Source: Adineta vaga (lineage: Eukaryota > Animalia > Rotifera). From it: 64,000 nt of DNA. The first letter of the stretch is position 1, and the number at the start of each line of letters is the position of its first letter. The notes beneath the pieces are model-generated. The model saw only the letters and a list, made by a program, of their open reading frames with translations. It searched no databases and had not been told where the DNA came from. Below are positions 60,902 to 64,000 of this stretch, one piece after another. The translations under genes and the position numbers were made by a program. The DNA is taken from positions 6,944,001 through 7,008,000 of the forward strand of contig CP075492.1 of the NCBI GenBank assembly GCA_021613535.1, in the 5' to 3' direction.

Positions 60902-63140
60902 TTATTTATTAACATAAGAATTTCTAATAAAATCTTGTGAAGAAAGAGTATATTGATAATCATGTCCAATTGTAAATGAATGTGATGCATTTTTTCTTGC
61001 AATTGTAACAATAATTTGTCTATGCATTGATGGAACAACATCAAATAGTTGATGATTTGAATCTTTTCTTGATATAAATGCATTTTGTGAAAGAGTACAA
61101 CGAAAATGAGAATGAACATTTTTATTTAGATTTCGATTTTCAACAAGTAAAATTAATCGATCCCCATATTGTTTCAATTCATAAATTTTCACTCCATCAT
61201 CGAATTGATTTTTCTCACGATTTCCTGTATAAACTTTTTCACCATAAAATACAAAGTTTAATAAAAATTTCTCGTTGAACTCTCCATAGAATTTGAATTC
61301 GTTCAAGATCAATTGCATAAGAGCTATGTACAGCTAAAAATAACGAAAGAAAAAGTTGAATTCCTTTTAAAAAAAAAGAAGAAAGCAAATCAATATTAAA
61401 TTCTGTATTATCCATTTGTTTATTAATTGGATTAAATAGAAATGGTAAAATAAGATAAGTTCTCGGTTGAAGATAACCATCAGTTGAAACAAATTTATGT
61501 TGGCCGCGTTGACTTAAAATTGGAATTGAATAAATTCGATAATTTCCCGGAGTTCTCTCTTCCATATTAACAATTGCAACACACAGAATAACTTCACTTC
61601 GTTGTATTCGAAGATTTTTACTTATTTTCTATGAAGTGTTATATCAAGTTCAGTAAGATGTTTAATTGTTAAATAATATCATTGCATCATTCCTTGTTGA
61701 GGATAAAAATTCGCTGAATCACGTACTTCATACCAATCAGGTCTGATTTCACATATATCAACATATTCAAAATATTTCACAAATGATATAAATGGCATCC
61801 AAAATACACCATCACGTTTACTTCGTTTTTCTTTCAATAATTCTTTTCGTAAATCCGAATTTTCTAACCATAACGATGAATCATCCGACCAATCGCCATT
61901 CCATCTATGAGTTTCACCCCATGAATTTCTTAATTTAACTAATCGATGTTTTCCATCATTTGATTGTTTAATATCTTGTAATGAATATGCATGGATATTA
62001 AGTAAACCTGTATTTTTTAATTCATCTCTTGAAATATGATTATTACTACAAATTGCATGCATAAGAAATTTTTGCGAACGAGCATGATATAATTTCAACC
62101 AAAGTTTATCCAAATCAACATTTTTATCATCAGGATTATTTGTTTTTCCAAGTATTAATGTTTCACACGAACTACCTGTTACAGTTGCTAAACCTTCATA
62201 ACATCGACCAGCAATAATTGCTTCATAACTTCCATTTAATTTTGCTAAAGCTTCTTCAATTAAAGGAACCTTGAAAAAGAAAAAGATTTTATTCAAAAAA
62301 AGAAATCAAATTCAAACCCAAAGTTGTTTTCGATGTGCCAGAGAATATGCTAAACGTTTATTTGATGTACATGGAAGACGATCATTAACGATAACTTGCG
62401 TCCATTCACTATCTAAATATTTTATTAATCAATTTTTAAAAAGAAAATATTTCTTACCTTTACATAATCGAACATAATAAATTCCTTGTGGATTATATTC
62501 TTTTGTAATAAGTACCTAAACATTTATTTTTTTTATAAAAAAGAATTTTTTCATAAAAAAGAATTTTTTCAAAATATATAATTTACTCTCATTAGATATT
62601 TGGTTTTGGATTTCTAAAAACTGTCCATTGATTCATTGAATTTTGACTCCATTCGGATGGATTGATTTGATCAGGTCTTAACCATTGTATTTGATGATTT
62701 AATGATAAATTTGTTTGTTGTTCAGGTAAAAGTGCTAATGTTGATTTCGAAAATGAATAACCATTGATATAAATCGATTGTGATGATGCTGAAAATGTTC
62801 GATCATGAAATATTTGATGTGTTATTAATAAATTATAATGAAGTTTTTCGACATTTTTTAAAACAAAATCTTCATCAGATTGACGTTTCTGTTGTATTAA
62901 AACACTTCGACGATAATGATTCTTTAATGGAAATTGTTTTTGTTGATTAGTCATTGGAATATAAATATTTAATTCATTCGACGTAGAATCAAAATTCAAT
63001 TGTGAATCAGTGAAATCATTTTCATTACATTCAATTAATAAATAACTTTCTTTTATTAAAAAATCAATTCGATCAATCATTTTCTCCCATTCTTTACAAA
63101 TTATCAAATCAATTAAACTTAAAATAAGGATTTTATACAA
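60902..63140 (-). pseudogene. Calpain-15 (SOL/small optic lobes)-like pseudogene
   Basis: IQWLRP, WTVFRNPKP, VRLCK, VPLIEEALAKLNGSYEAI, HAYS, RLVKLRNSWG, WNGDWSD, DGVFWM and a SOL-like C-terminus. The catalytic-Cys segment is missing, with several stops and frameshifts. Confidence 0.8.
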
Positions 63141-63557
63141 TATTTATTAACAAAATCTAACGTGCGACCTTTTCTTTTCAACGATATTCATGTCGAAGAA
63201 AAAAAACAAACGAAATCTTTCTCGATTTCTAATCCAATCAATGTCTTTCATGCGATATAGACAATAACATATTTTCAAGTGTTCATTTTAATGAAATTCA
63301 ATTAATAATGAATCAAACAATTGTTAGAGATATAAATAAAATACTCATATTCAAATGAATGGATTTTCAAAAAACTATTATTTTTCGCACAATATTAAAA
63401 CTTATCTAATAAGACCGTTCTTTTTTGAAAATCTATTAACTCAAGAAGGATGCACTCGTTTCCTCTTACTACCCACATGACCTCATAGGACAAAAAAACA
63501 GTAAATCGGTAATAACTCCCTCCAAAAGCGATAAGGGCACGAGCCAACTTAGGGTAT

Positions 63558-63634
63558 TTCACTACTCACTAAGGTCTACAAAATAAAAGTAGTCCGAATT
63601 CAAAAGCTTTTTATCACCTCGAGAGATTCCCTCG
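63558..63634 (-). repeat. 77-bp repeat, right (inverted) copy
   Basis: Its reverse complement matches 58748-58824 with three transitions. It is preceded by a GC-richer non-coding tract (~63440-63557). Confidence 0.9.
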
Positions 63635-64000
63635 CGAGACTAACCGAAAGGTATTGCACAGCTAGTATACGAAGAAGTAGTGCATGAAGTTCTTTTAATT
63701 GTCAGTCTCGCCATATTGGAGTCAGCTGAAAATGAGCGAGATATTATCTTGTCGAATAAAGACTTCAATGGATCGTATTCATACGATACTAGATTGAATT
63801 TTTTTTACGTTCGAAAACATCGTTGACATATGGTTGTCGAAATATATGATGAATAACTGATCTTGTAAAATAGCATATAATAACAATCGACTAATAATGA
63901 ATGAATTTAAGAACCAATGTGAGGAAGAATATTCACACCTAAATAATCAAATTTTTTAATTGATGTTTTATGTAATGATACATGATGACGATAGTGAGCG

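Noticed and set aside
61679-61681. In-frame TGA in the calpain gene (and at 50851 in the GPCR relic) as selenocysteine or readthrough
   Set aside because: Accompanying frameshifts and deletions indicate pseudogenisation, and neighbouring genes use TGA as a normal stop.

Overview
AT-rich eukaryotic (animal) genomic DNA, very gene-dense, with many short (~45-70 nt) GT-AG introns. Gene content and style suggest a bdelloid rotifer (inference). About 24 protein-coding genes were reconstructed by hand-splicing: SLC12/NKCC transporter, TBCCD1, SNF8, AMFR/gp78, two tandem RTA1-like 7TM genes with intronless CDS (fungal-type, horizontal-transfer candidates), a LEM-domain protein, a stand-alone ENT-domain protein, a minimal MYST acetyltransferase, a secreted Kunitz inhibitor missed by the ORF track, an EPHX4-like hydrolase, ELAC2, a Pro-rich orphan, a motorless myosin-TH1 protein, spastin, a coiled-coil protein, FAM8A1, FAM177, an ankyrin-SOCS protein, a small orphan, an ADP-ribosyltransferase-TPR gene with a 1-nt frameshift, PISD (hosting a GPCR pseudogene in an intron), two AGPAT3/4 paralogs and ZNHIT6/BCD1. 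The last ~6 kb is decayed, holding a MITE-like element and a calpain-15-like pseudogene bracketed by 77-bp inverted repeats. Top leads: (1) operon-like gene runs with 27-115 nt gaps and splice acceptors abutting the downstream ATG, suggesting polycistronic transcription resolved by SL trans-splicing; (2) the RTA1-like pair; (3) the ART-TPR sensor-effector architecture; (4) possible transposon capture of a calpain gene. Family calls come from remembered motifs, not database searches, and exon boundaries are manual.
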